From Butyricicoccus sp. (GTDB taxonomy: Bacteria; Bacillota; Clostridia; Oscillospirales; Butyricicoccaceae): a DNA stretch of 24,000 nt. Under the pieces are notes generated by a model. The model searched no databases, was not told the origin of the DNA, and worked only from the letters and a program-made list of their open reading frames with translations. Position numbers and translations under genes: made by a program. The stretch is taken from contig JARIAV010000074.1 of NCBI GenBank assembly GCA_029257685.1, positions 1-24,000 on the forward strand. The letters run 5' to 3'. This document shows positions 1 through 8,049 of this stretch, one piece after another (positions within the stretch are counted from its first letter, which is position 1; the number at the start of each line of letters is the position of its first letter).

Positions 1-96
1 GCGGGTGTCGATATGGCGTCACCTACGCCGGTCAACGACGCGCTCTCCCTGTTTGATGAGCTGGTATCCGAGTTGGAGACCCTGCTGGCTGAATAA
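1..96 (+). CDS. 3' end of an unidentified protein-coding gene (partial, runs off the left edge)
   Basis: Frame 1 is open from base 1 to TAA at 94-96 (..DMASPTPVNDALSLFDELVSELETLLAE*). A strong hairpin terminator follows directly at 101-135. No family could be recognised from 31 residues. Confidence 0.3.
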   Translation, partial: AGVDMASPTPVNDALSLFDELVSELETLLAE

Positions 97-100
97 GCAC

Positions 101-135
101 AAAAAATGCCTGTATCTCTTGGATACAGGCATTTT
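101..135. terminator. Bidirectional rho-independent terminator between convergent genes
   Basis: AAAATGCCTGTATC (103-116) pairs with GATACAGGCATTTT (122-135) around a 5-nt loop. A-run on one side and T-run on the other. It lies between the + stop at 94-96 and the - stop at 141-143. Confidence 0.8.
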
Positions 136-140
136 GCATT

Positions 141-935
141 TTAAGATTTCCAATCCTCCCACCATGCGGTGAACGCCGCGGTATCATCAGTCTTGAAGCC
201 CGTAAGGTTTCGCGTACAAATCCGATTCCAGCCTTCCGGCGTATCGCCCAGATTGGCAAACACCATCATCCCCCGTGCGCGCAGCCATGCAATGTCCTCA
301 CGCACCAGAGCATCGATATCCAGTCCCACCTCGAACAGCTTCATAAGAGAGATCCGGTCTTTCCATTCCTGCGTCAGCCGTCCAATGTTCGCGCCCAGCT
401 TGACCCCTTCGGGCAATGTATGCTGCTTCGCATATTTCTGGATCTCGATCATCATTTCCGGATCACTGGCAAAGATCACGCAGTCACTCCGCTTATCGAA
501 ATCCGCAAGCAGTCGGCAAAGCTCCGGCATCATTCCGGCGGCCTTGTATTCGATCTCAAGAATCACGCGGCGGGTGAGTCCGTTCATCCAGTCCAGCAGA
601 TCGGACAGACGCATGAGCTTTGCTGTGCGCGTATCCTCGGGATCGTTCCGTCCCAGCAAATGCCCCGCATAGGGGATCTCCAGCTGTTCCAGCTCGTCCC
701 ATGTACAGTCCTCGACCGCCTTGCTGCACGGGGTCTTTCCGCCACGGGTCATGCGCTCCAGCGTTTCATCGTGGTGGATCAGGATCACACCGTCCTGCGT
801 CATACGGATATCGATCTCCAGCCCCTCGATCCCAGCATGATACGCAGCGCGAAAGGCTTCCAATGTATTCTCCGGCGCGATCTGACAAACTCCACGATGC
901 GCCATTCTCCAAGGTCCGGTATACTGCTTTTTCAT
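141..935 (-). CDS. Glycerophosphodiester phosphodiesterase (GDPD/UgpQ family)
   Basis: 264-aa ORF. The N-terminal HRG..PENT motif (MAHRGVCQIAPENTLEAF) and EIDIRMTQDGVILIHHDETLER are typical of the GDPD fold. GAGGAG RBS 6 nt upstream of the ATG at 935. Confidence 0.85.
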   Translation of the reverse strand: MKKQYTGPWRMAHRGVCQIAPENTLEAFRAAYHAGIEGLEIDIRMTQDGVILIHHDETLERMTRGGKTPCSKAVEDCTWDELEQLEIPYAGHLLGRNDPEDTRTAKLMRLSDLLDWMNGLTRRVILEIEYKAAGMMPELCRLLADFDKRSDCVIFASDPEMMIEIQKYAKQHTLPEGVKLGANIGRLTQEWKDRISLMKLFEVGLDIDALVREDIAWLRARGMMVFANLGDTPEGWNRICTRNLTGFKTDDTAAFTAWWEDWKS

Positions 936-988
936 GGTGCTCTCCTCTTCCCTGCGGTCAAAATACCATTCTGCACGTTCTCTGCTTC

Positions 989-1017
989 ACTATACAGCGT
1001 ATTCCTGTCAATGTCAA
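989..1017 (-). promoter_or_regulatory. Sigma-A-type promoter for the GDPD gene
   Basis: On the minus strand, TTGACA (1017-1012), a 17-nt spacer, then TATAGT (994-989), about 55 nt upstream of the ATG at 935. A second tandem TTGACA would give only an 11-nt spacer. Confidence 0.6.
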
Positions 1018-1063
1018 CAAAATTCCGGTGACAATTTCCGAACCACATCACGATTCTGACAGT

Positions 1064-3325
1064 TTACAGGGTGTGGTCTCTCTTTCTGAGACACTTATAG
1101 CAGATCCGGAACTTGGAAGACAAGGGCATGGGCGCATGGCAGATCTTGCAGCTGTGCCCCTTCTGTGCAAGCTCACGCAGCAGCAGTTCATTGATCTGCA
1201 AGGCAGTGTTCTCTTTCTCTGTGCGCAGCCAATCGAGATCCACCGTTTGGCGGAAGGTGCGGCAGAAGGAATAGTACAGGTCCAGCAGCTGGCTGTACAG
1301 CTCCAACCCGTCGAGGGAGGGTTTCGTCCGGTGGGGCAGGGTCATCATCCGCCCATTCAGGTACTGGTCGCAATACAGCAGGAAATAATCCATGAGTTCT
1401 TCGTCCCGCTCGTCGAACGGAATGGTCGCTGCCCGAAGGGATTCTTCCTTGCTGAGCAGGATGGCATTTTCTTCCAGCGTTTTGAGGATAAAGATATAGC
1501 GGTCAATGGGCATCTTCTGATAAGGTGCGATGGCAGGGATGCTGTTCCAGACCTGCAAGACCTCCAAAAGATCATGATCCACACGCAAGACCAGATCGGA
1601 AAACCCCAGCATCGCCTCGCGGATCGGTTCCGTCGGGGCATGGAACCCCTGCCAGATCGTTTCGCTCTCCATCAGCGCAGTCACGAATCCCTCATCATAC
1701 ACACCAAAGCGACCGGCACGCCCGCCGATCTGCCGGATCTCAGCCGGATACAGGGCACGGTTATGCTTTCCATCGAACTTGCGGTCGCGTGTGAAGATGA
1801 TGCGGCGGATCGGAAGGTTCAGTCCCATGCCAATGGCATCGGTTGCCACAAGCACCTTGCTTTCTCCACGCAGGAAACGCTCCATCTGCATCTTTCGGGT
1901 CGCATAAGGGAGCGCGCCATAGATGATGGATGCCTCGATCCCCGTGCGTCTGAGATGCTCCGCCAGATGCAGGACATTTTTCTTGGAGAATGCGATGAGT
2001 GCATCCCCCTCCTGAATGTCGTCCAGTGTGATCGGCGCATCCATGAGCGTCAGCTCCGCCATGCGTGCATGCTGTAGGATCTCATACGGCTCCCCACAGC
2101 TTTCGATCAGGCGTATCAGGATATCGACGCCCTCCGGTGCCGTGCACAAATGGATCTCCCTGGCACAGCAGCCCAGGATCGCACGCGTCCACGCAAACCC
2201 ACGCGCACTGTCTGCGATCATCTGACATTCGTCCACCACAGCCACTTCATAGCTGCGGTGTGGGTCGAGCTTTTCCACCGTAGAGGCGATATGGGTCGCC
2301 CCCGGCCGGAGATCTTCCTCCTCACCGGTCAGCATACTGCAATTGACGCCGCGTGCCAGCATGGACTCCTGCACCTCCAGCGCGAGCAGGCGCAGGGGTG
2401 CAAGATACACACCACTTTCCGCCTGTGCCAGACGGTTCAGGCTTTGGTAGGTCTTTCCCGTGTTCGTTCCTCCCACATGAATGAAGAAGCGGCGTTCCAT
2501 CATACGCGCCATTGGGTACTCGTCCTTGGGATCGACCGTAATGAGATCACTCAGCTGCACACGGATCATCATGGGGATACAGTCTACCAGATAGATCTGA
2601 TAGAGCGAATTGGTCAGCAGCTTATCAGACGGGAACGCAGGCAGGGACAAAAACTGCATGAGCTCTTTGGGTGCATCATGCTTTTCATAGTCATAGATCA
2701 GGACGGCTGCAACGCGCAGCAGCGCGGCGGTATACCGCCCCTCCAAAAGGGCATGCATCGCCTTTTCGCGTTTGGTCTCGCCCTTGCCCAGATAAGGCGC
2801 ACTGGCAGCGATACGGGTTGGATTTTTCAAAAATGTGCTGTATCTGCCATCGGTCATTTCCATGACCTCACGCAGTTCATTCTGCGCTTCTGCGATCGTG
2901 GGCAGGATCGGCACCTGCCCTTCCAGAATCGCTTTCTGGATTCCCTCATGCAGCCGCCGTACCAGAAGCTGCGCGGTCGCATCGCCCTCTGTCATTTCTT
3001 CCAACGCCTGCGGATCGAACGCCTGTGTCAGTGCCGTGCAGGCATCCTGAGCCCGCGCATGCCGCGCCTCCTGCTTTGCAGACAGCCGCTCTGCGCGTTT
3101 GCTGCGCCGTCTTTCGGCACGCTCCAGCATGCCGCGGATATCCGAACGCAGCGCGAACTTCTCCACCTCCTGCGCGCTCCACAGCGCGATCTTTTTTGCG
3201 CGGTTTGGGTGATGGGGATTCCGACCCATCGTTGGCTTTGGCAGCTTTGCAATGATCGCATCCGTCCATCCCATTGCATACAGATCGCCAACGGTCAGCA
3301 TCTGCGGCTGATTTGATTCCTCCAT
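1064..3325 (-). CDS. SUV3-like superfamily-2 ATP-dependent (RNA) helicase with a long N-terminal extension and a C-terminal CxxC..CxxC zinc ribbon
   Basis: Walker A GGTNTGKTY, DExQ box VVDECQM, ATDAIGMGLNLP, and motif VI QIGGRAGRFG. The order and spacing resemble the SUV3 helicase core. The C-terminus is CKICHAPMPLSSKFRICYKC. Start set at ATG 3325 (MEESNQ..) because GGAGG lies 9 nt upstream. The track start at 3451 would run through the rpmB terminator. Confidence 0.8.
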   Translation of the reverse strand: MEESNQPQMLTVGDLYAMGWTDAIIAKLPKPTMGRNPHHPNRAKKIALWSAQEVEKFALRSDIRGMLERAERRRSKRAERLSAKQEARHARAQDACTALTQAFDPQALEEMTEGDATAQLLVRRLHEGIQKAILEGQVPILPTIAEAQNELREVMEMTDGRYSTFLKNPTRIAASAPYLGKGETKREKAMHALLEGRYTAALLRVAAVLIYDYEKHDAPKELMQFLSLPAFPSDKLLTNSLYQIYLVDCIPMMIRVQLSDLITVDPKDEYPMARMMERRFFIHVGGTNTGKTYQSLNRLAQAESGVYLAPLRLLALEVQESMLARGVNCSMLTGEEEDLRPGATHIASTVEKLDPHRSYEVAVVDECQMIADSARGFAWTRAILGCCAREIHLCTAPEGVDILIRLIESCGEPYEILQHARMAELTLMDAPITLDDIQEGDALIAFSKKNVLHLAEHLRRTGIEASIIYGALPYATRKMQMERFLRGESKVLVATDAIGMGLNLPIRRIIFTRDRKFDGKHNRALYPAEIRQIGGRAGRFGVYDEGFVTALMESETIWQGFHAPTEPIREAMLGFSDLVLRVDHDLLEVLQVWNSIPAIAPYQKMPIDRYIFILKTLEENAILLSKEESLRAATIPFDERDEELMDYFLLYCDQYLNGRMMTLPHRTKPSLDGLELYSQLLDLYYSFCRTFRQTVDLDWLRTEKENTALQINELLLRELAQKGHSCKICHAPMPLSSKFRICYKCLRKRDHTL

Positions 3326-3407
3326 TGCAGAAAACCTCCGAAACTGATTTTTTAGATATACAGGGAAGCGAGCGCATCCCTTGCGGATATGTGTATGTCG
3401 GTATATG

Positions 3408-3439
3408 AAAAAAGCGCCCGCAGAACTGCGAGCGCTTTT
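3408..3439 (-). terminator. Rho-independent terminator downstream of rpmB
   Basis: Minus strand: GCGCTCGCAG-ttc-CTGCGGGCGC (one G:U pair) followed by TTTTTT. It begins 13 nt after the rpmB stop. Confidence 0.8.
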
Positions 3440-3451
3440 GGCAATCAACAA

Positions 3452-3640
3452 TTAGATGGCACGGGTAACCTTGCCGGAGCGGAGGCACCGAGTACATACG
3501 TTGATATGGCGGGGAGTACCATCGACCAGAGCCTTTACACGACGAACGTTAGGCTTCCAGGTTCTGTTAGAACGTCTGTGGGAGTGGGACACCTTGATAC
3601 CAAAGGTCACGCCCTTGCCGCAAATATCGCACTTTGCCAT
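3452..3640 (-). CDS. rpmB: 50S ribosomal protein L28
   Basis: 62 aa: MAKCDICGKGVTFGIKVSHSHRRSNRTWKPNVRRVKALVDG..VCTRCLRSGKV, the canonical L28 sequence. AAGGAGG RBS (complement of 3651-3657). Confidence 0.95.
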   Translation of the reverse strand: MAKCDICGKGVTFGIKVSHSHRRSNRTWKPNVRRVKALVDGTPRHINVCTRCLRSGKVTRAI

Positions 3641-3685
3641 TTTTCCTGCACCTCCTTATCTAAAAGGCATTGAGTAACGCATATT

Positions 3686-3714
3686 ATATTATCACAACTT
3701 TTCAAGGAATGCAA
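3686..3714 (-). promoter_or_regulatory. Candidate rpmB promoter
   Basis: Minus strand: TTGCAT (3714-3709), a 17-nt spacer, then TAATAT (3691-3686) preceded by TGa (extended -10-like). Alternative hexamer pairings give 11- or 20-nt spacers. Confidence 0.4.
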
Positions 3715-3773
3715 GTGTTTCTGACAATTTATTTTCAAAAAATAAAATTCTCCATTCCGTTTTCTTCCAGCCA

Positions 3774-3802
3774 TTGAAAAGCCGGACGCGCTCCGTTATA
3801 AT
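3774..3802 (+). promoter_or_regulatory. Sigma-A-type promoter for hprK
   Basis: TTGAAA (3774-3779), a 17-nt spacer, then TATAAT (3797-3802), 40 nt upstream of the hprK ATG. Confidence 0.65.
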
Positions 3803-3842
3803 AAGAGTATCTTACTCAAGCACGGTAGGAGGAATTGAAAAT

Positions 3843-4778
3843 ATGCAATTAAAAGAATTTGGTGTTTGTCTGGGCGACCTCATTCAGGAGTTCAACTTCG
3901 AGGTCATTCACGGTCCGGAAAACTTTGAACACGTCGAGATCACAAAGACCGATGTCAACCGTCCTGCGCTTCAGCTTGCCGGATTTTTTGACTACTTTGA
4001 CCCCAACCGTATCCAGATCATGGGTAAGGTCGAAACCACATACGTCGAGCAAATGTCCCACGAGCAGCGCGCATCCTGCTTCGAGAAGCTGTTTGCGTCC
4101 GGCATCCCTGTCATGATCGTCTCACGCAACATCGATGTTTTCCCCGAATGCCTCGCAGCGGCACAAAAATACAAAGTACCGCTCCTGCGCTCGAATGAAT
4201 TCACCTCGACCATCATCAACTCCCTTGTGGCTTCCCTCAAGGTGTCCCTCGCGCCGCGCATCACCCTGCACGGTGTACTCGTCGAGATCTACGGTCAGGG
4301 GGTACTCCTGCTCGGAGATTCCGGTGTCGGTAAATCCGAGACCGCGATCGAGCTGGTCAAGCGCGGCCATCGTCTCATCGCCGACGATGCAGTCGAGATC
4401 AAGCGCGTATCCGACCGCACACTCGTTGGATCTTCTCCGGATGTCATCCGTTACTTCATCGAGCTGCGCGGCATCGGCATCGTCGATGTACGCCGCATTT
4501 TCGGTGTTGGATCGGTCAAGCTGACAGAAAAGGTCGAGCTTGTCATCAATCTGGAGCCGTGGGAGGAGGGCAAGCAGTACGACCGTCTGGGTCTCGAAGG
4601 ACAGACGACCAGCATCCTTGATATCACGGTGCCCTCCCTGACCATTCCGGTGCGTCCCGGACGTAACCTCGCTGTTATCATCGAGGTTGCCGCTATGAAC
4701 GACCGTTATAAAAAAATGGGATTCAATGCCGCAAAGGATTTGCAGGATCGTATGCTCAAATCATTTGGCAACAACTAA
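3843..4778 (+). CDS. hprK: HPr kinase/phosphorylase
   Basis: P-loop GVLLLGDSGVGKSETAIELVKRGHRLIADDAVEI and the downstream IELRGIGIVDV signature. 311 aa from ATG 3843, with AGGAGG at 3827-3832. The track's TTG start at 3774 is the promoter -35 hexamer. Confidence 0.93.
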   Translation: MQLKEFGVCLGDLIQEFNFEVIHGPENFEHVEITKTDVNRPALQLAGFFDYFDPNRIQIMGKVETTYVEQMSHEQRASCFEKLFASGIPVMIVSRNIDVFPECLAAAQKYKVPLLRSNEFTSTIINSLVASLKVSLAPRITLHGVLVEIYGQGVLLLGDSGVGKSETAIELVKRGHRLIADDAVEIKRVSDRTLVGSSPDVIRYFIELRGIGIVDVRRIFGVGSVKLTEKVELVINLEPWEEGKQYDRLGLEGQTTSILDITVPSLTIPVRPGRNLAVIIEVAAMNDRYKKMGFNAAKDLQDRMLKSFGNN

Positions 4779-4791
4779 AACCCGTTTTCAG

Positions 4792-4820
4792 AAAAGGCAG
4801 GTCGCTCCCTGCCTTTTTCT
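4792..4820 (+). terminator. Rho-independent terminator-like hairpin after hprK
   Basis: AAGGCAGG (4794-4801), a 6-nt loop, CCTGCCTT (4808-4815), then a T-run. It begins 14 nt after the hprK stop and sits about 36 nt before the next start codon. Confidence 0.65.
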
Positions 4821-4856
4821 ATTCTTATCCTATATCATCCGAAAGGAGGCTGTTAT

Positions 4857-5591
4857 GTGAAAATCATCGCAGACCTTCATACACACACCTGTGTATCACA
4901 CCACGCCTTTTCTACGCTGCGCGAAATGGCAGAAGGCGCAAAGGACGCCGGACTCTCTGCCATCGCGATCACCGACCATGGCCCCATGATGGAGGACGGT
5001 GCCCATCCGTGGCATTTTTCCAATCTCTCCATCGTGCCCCGTCAGATCGGCGGCGTTGCAGTGATCCGCGGTGCAGAGCTCAATATCATGCCGCCCCTCG
5101 GCGGCATCGATCCACTCCCCATGCGCATCATTCGATCGCTCGACTGGGTGATCGCATCCTTCCATGAACCGGTATTTCGTCCGGCCAGCCGTGAGATCCA
5201 TACCAAAGCGCTGGAGGGCATCCTGCAAAACCCTTATGTGAACTGTCTGGGGCACTTGGGGGATCCGCGCTTCGACTTCGATCATGAAGCGATCCTCTCG
5301 CAATGCAATGCCTATGGCAAGATTGTGGAGATCAACAACAACTCCGTTGTCGTGCGGCGCGGCAGCGCGGACAACTGCGCAGATATCCTGCGTCTGTGCA
5401 AGGAATACGAGGTTCCCATTGTCGTCAACAGTGATTCCCATATCCAGTACACGGTAGGTGGTTTTGACAACGCGCTTGCCCTTTTGCAGGAGATCGACTT
5501 TCCGGAGCATCTGGTCCTGAATGCGGATCGCGACCGTCTGGCAGGCTGGTTCCGCAAGCACCGCGGACTGGAAATTTTCCCTGAAACATAA
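4857..5591 (+). CDS. PHP-domain metal-dependent phosphoesterase (YcdX-like)
   Basis: MKIIADLHTHTCVSHHAFSTL..AIAITDHGP matches the PHP H-x-H N-terminal motif, and 244 aa fits YcdX-type proteins. GTG start with AGGAGG 7 nt upstream. Confidence 0.8.
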   Translation: MKIIADLHTHTCVSHHAFSTLREMAEGAKDAGLSAIAITDHGPMMEDGAHPWHFSNLSIVPRQIGGVAVIRGAELNIMPPLGGIDPLPMRIIRSLDWVIASFHEPVFRPASREIHTKALEGILQNPYVNCLGHLGDPRFDFDHEAILSQCNAYGKIVEINNNSVVVRRGSADNCADILRLCKEYEVPIVVNSDSHIQYTVGGFDNALALLQEIDFPEHLVLNADRDRLAGWFRKHRGLEIFPET

Positions 5592-5621
5592 ACCACTTGA
5601 TTTTTTAGGAGGACATCCATC

Positions 5622-6551
5622 ATGATGAGACTTGGCATTGATCTTGGCGGCACAAACACCGTTGCCGGCCTGTGCACCACTGACGGACAGCTGATCGGCA
5701 AGGTATCCGCCCCCACCCCCATCGGCGATCCGGACGCGCTCTGCCGCACCATGCGTGAGCTGTGCGTCGAGGTCTGCAAACAGCACGATACCCCCAAGGA
5801 CGCGATCGAAAAGATCGGCATCGGTCTTCCGGGCGCGATCGTAAAATCCACCTGCACCCTGAAATTCGGAACCAACCTCGGATTATCCAATGTATGCTTC
5901 GCCCACGCCTTCGAGCCGGACTTTACCTGCCCGGTCGCGATCGACAACGATGCAAACTGTGCCGCACTGGGTGAGTTTGCAGGCGGTGCCGGACGCGGCA
6001 GCGAGAATATGCTGATGGTCACACTGGGCACCGGTGTAGGCGGCGGCATCGTGCTGGGCGGCAAGCTCTATACCGGACGCGATGACCTTGCAGGCGAGAT
6101 CGGACACATGGTGCTCGTCCCCAACGGCACTCCCTGCAACTGTGGCAGAAAGGGTTGTTTTGAAACTTACGCTTCCGCAACCGGACTCATCCGTCTGGCA
6201 CGCGAGGCAATGGAGCAGGACAGCACCTCCATCCTGCACGAATGGACGCGCGACACCAAGCTCAACGCGAAGATGGTCTGTGATGCCTGCGATGCCGGAG
6301 ACGCGCTGGCGCAGAAGGTATTTTCTGACTACTGCGACTATCTGGCATGCGGTCTGGCAAACCTTGTCAATGTGTTCCAGCCCGATTCCATCGTCATTGG
6401 CGGCGGCGTAGCAGGCTATGGGGAAAAGCTGTTTGCGCCGCTGCGTGAGCGTGTACATGCCCAGCAGTTCCACGTTTCCCCCGAGGGTACACCGATCCGC
6501 GGCGCGACCCTTGGCAATGATGCAGGCATCATAGGTGCCGCGCTCCTGTAA
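5622..6551 (+). CDS. glcK: ROK-family glucokinase
   Basis: N-terminal LGIDLGGTN phosphate-1 motif. ROK zinc motif GHMVLVPNGTPCNCGRKGCFETYAS. 309 aa with no DNA-binding N-domain. TAGGAGG RBS. Sugar specificity is not proven from sequence. Confidence 0.85.
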   Translation: MMRLGIDLGGTNTVAGLCTTDGQLIGKVSAPTPIGDPDALCRTMRELCVEVCKQHDTPKDAIEKIGIGLPGAIVKSTCTLKFGTNLGLSNVCFAHAFEPDFTCPVAIDNDANCAALGEFAGGAGRGSENMLMVTLGTGVGGGIVLGGKLYTGRDDLAGEIGHMVLVPNGTPCNCGRKGCFETYASATGLIRLAREAMEQDSTSILHEWTRDTKLNAKMVCDACDAGDALAQKVFSDYCDYLACGLANLVNVFQPDSIVIGGGVAGYGEKLFAPLRERVHAQQFHVSPEGTPIRGATLGNDAGIIGAALL

Positions 6552-6600
6552 GGAGAAATTTGTAATTTATCACGAATTTTTGTCAAATCATGCATTTTTC

Positions 6601-6629
6601 TTGATTATGCAGGGGGATTTTGTTATAAT
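6601..6629 (+). promoter_or_regulatory. Sigma-A-type promoter (extended -10) for the amidase operon
   Basis: TTGATT (6601-6606), a 17-nt spacer, then TGtTATAAT (6621-6629), about 50 nt upstream of the ATG at 6682. Confidence 0.65.
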
Positions 6630-6681
6630 ATAAAATACAGTATTTTGTATTCACCTCCGGACAGAAAAGGAAGACGCATCT

Positions 6682-8037
6682 ATGAAACGATTGGTTGCAG
6701 GCATCCTTGCTGCTTCCCTCCTCACTTCAGCAGCTGGTGCCCTAGGACATGATCCCGAACATGTCGGTGCTCCCGTCTCGATCACCGAACAATCTCAAAA
6801 CGCCGTCATTGCCGCTTCTTCTGCTGCACACCCTGCTGTCATGACCGTTCTGCTCAACGGGATGCAGGTAAAGCCGGTCGGCTACAACATCAACGGCAAC
6901 AACTACTATAAACTCCGCGATATTGCACAGCTTTTATCGGGCAGTACCGCACAGTTCGGTGTGGATTGGAGCCGTGAGACCCGTACCATCCAGCTTGTCC
7001 CCGGTACCTCTTACACGCCGGTCGGCGGCGAGCTCGGCGCGATCCCAACCAAAAAATCCACCGCCAAAGCCTCGACCGAACGGGTCGAGATCGACCATCA
7101 GGACGCAAATCTTACCGCCTACAACGTGGACGGCAACAACTATTTCAAGCTGGTCGATCTTGGCAGTGCTCTTGGTTTTTCCGTCGAATATGAAGCCAAG
7201 ACGCGTACCGTTGTGATGACAACACCGGAAACACCGCAAACACCAGAGGAAGAGACGCCCGAAGAGAATCAATCAGACGAAAACGATCCATCCAATTCTC
7301 AGCCGATGGTCGATCTCGAGCCATCTATCCCAACCCCGCAGACCCCCGATACCCCAGAGATTCCAACGCCGCCCCCTGCCACCGCTCTGGATGGCGTGCT
7401 CAAGATCTGGATCGATCCGGGGCATGGCGGCTCCGACAGCGGCAATGGCGCAGACGCTACCATGGCTTTCGATGACTATTGGGGAGTACACCATGCGATC
7501 AATACCAAGATCCATGAAAAGGACTTCAACCTCGCCGTTTCCCTCATGCTGCAGGAAATGCTGGAGGAAGCCGGAGTCGAGGTGCGCATGACACGCACAG
7601 AGGATGTCACCGTCACACCAAGCGAGCGCAAAAAGCTGTTCTCCACCGAGGGACAGGGCTATGACATGATCTTCAGCGTCCATCACAATGGTGCAAGCAG
7701 TCCGAAGCCAAACGGCGCAGAGCTCCTCATCCAGATCGCCTATGAAAATGGCGGCGCCGGACGGGAATTCGGAGAACTGCTCAAGGCCGAATACATAGGA
7801 ATGGGAAAATCGTGGCGCAGATTTGTATTCGCCCACAGCAACACTGACCACAGCAAGGACTATTACTTTGTCCTGCGCTCCGCACAGGAGGCAAACACGC
7901 TTGCATTCATCAGTGAATTCTGCTTTATGAACAATCCCGAAGATCAGCAGTGGATCCTCTCCACCGATCTTCTGCGCGATCAGGCAAAGGCACAGTATAA
8001 TGCAATCATGAAATACTTTGAAACACACCCATATTAA
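6682..8037 (+). CDS. Secreted N-acetylmuramoyl-L-alanine amidase (Amidase_3) with two Cu-amine-oxidase-N-like wall-associated repeats and a Pro/Thr/Glu-rich linker
   Basis: Signal peptide MKRLVAGILAASLLTSAAGA. Two repeats (YNINGNNYYKLRDIAQLL and YNVDGNNYFKLVDLGSALGF). Linker TPETPQTPEEETPEE..PTPQTPDTPEIPTPPP. Catalytic domain IWIDPGHGGSDSGN..SVHHNG.. Confidence 0.85.
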   Translation: MKRLVAGILAASLLTSAAGALGHDPEHVGAPVSITEQSQNAVIAASSAAHPAVMTVLLNGMQVKPVGYNINGNNYYKLRDIAQLLSGSTAQFGVDWSRETRTIQLVPGTSYTPVGGELGAIPTKKSTAKASTERVEIDHQDANLTAYNVDGNNYFKLVDLGSALGFSVEYEAKTRTVVMTTPETPQTPEEETPEENQSDENDPSNSQPMVDLEPSIPTPQTPDTPEIPTPPPATALDGVLKIWIDPGHGGSDSGNGADATMAFDDYWGVHHAINTKIHEKDFNLAVSLMLQEMLEEAGVEVRMTRTEDVTVTPSERKKLFSTEGQGYDMIFSVHHNGASSPKPNGAELLIQIAYENGGAGREFGELLKAEYIGMGKSWRRFVFAHSNTDHSKDYYFVLRSAQEANTLAFISEFCFMNNPEDQQWILSTDLLRDQAKAQYNAIMKYFETHPY

Positions 8038-8049
8038 GGAGATCTTTCC

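Noticed and set aside
1001-1017. Tandem TTGACATTGACA as a possible repeat, operator or dual promoter
   Set aside because: Only the distal hexamer has a workable 17-nt spacing to TATAGT; the proximal one gives 11 nt. A 6-bp duplication is too short to interpret further.
620-3316. Long + strand ORFs (620-2077, 485 aa; 2150-3316, 388 aa) antisense to the GDPD and helicase genes
   Set aside because: They lie opposite CDSs with clear family motifs. Their translations are Arg/His/Pro/Cys-rich low-information sequence with no recognisable domain, and they have no SD at their starts. These are typical shadow ORFs from codon bias in roughly 55% GC DNA.
3326-3451. N-terminal extensions offered by the ORF track: helicase to 3451, hprK to 3774, ROK regulator to 9904, permeases to 15882 and 16801, ilvD to 21257
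   Set aside because: Each extension runs through a terminator hairpin, a promoter hexamer or the upstream gene. Each lacks an SD, whereas an internal ATG preceded by a GGAGG-type SD gives a protein of family-typical length.
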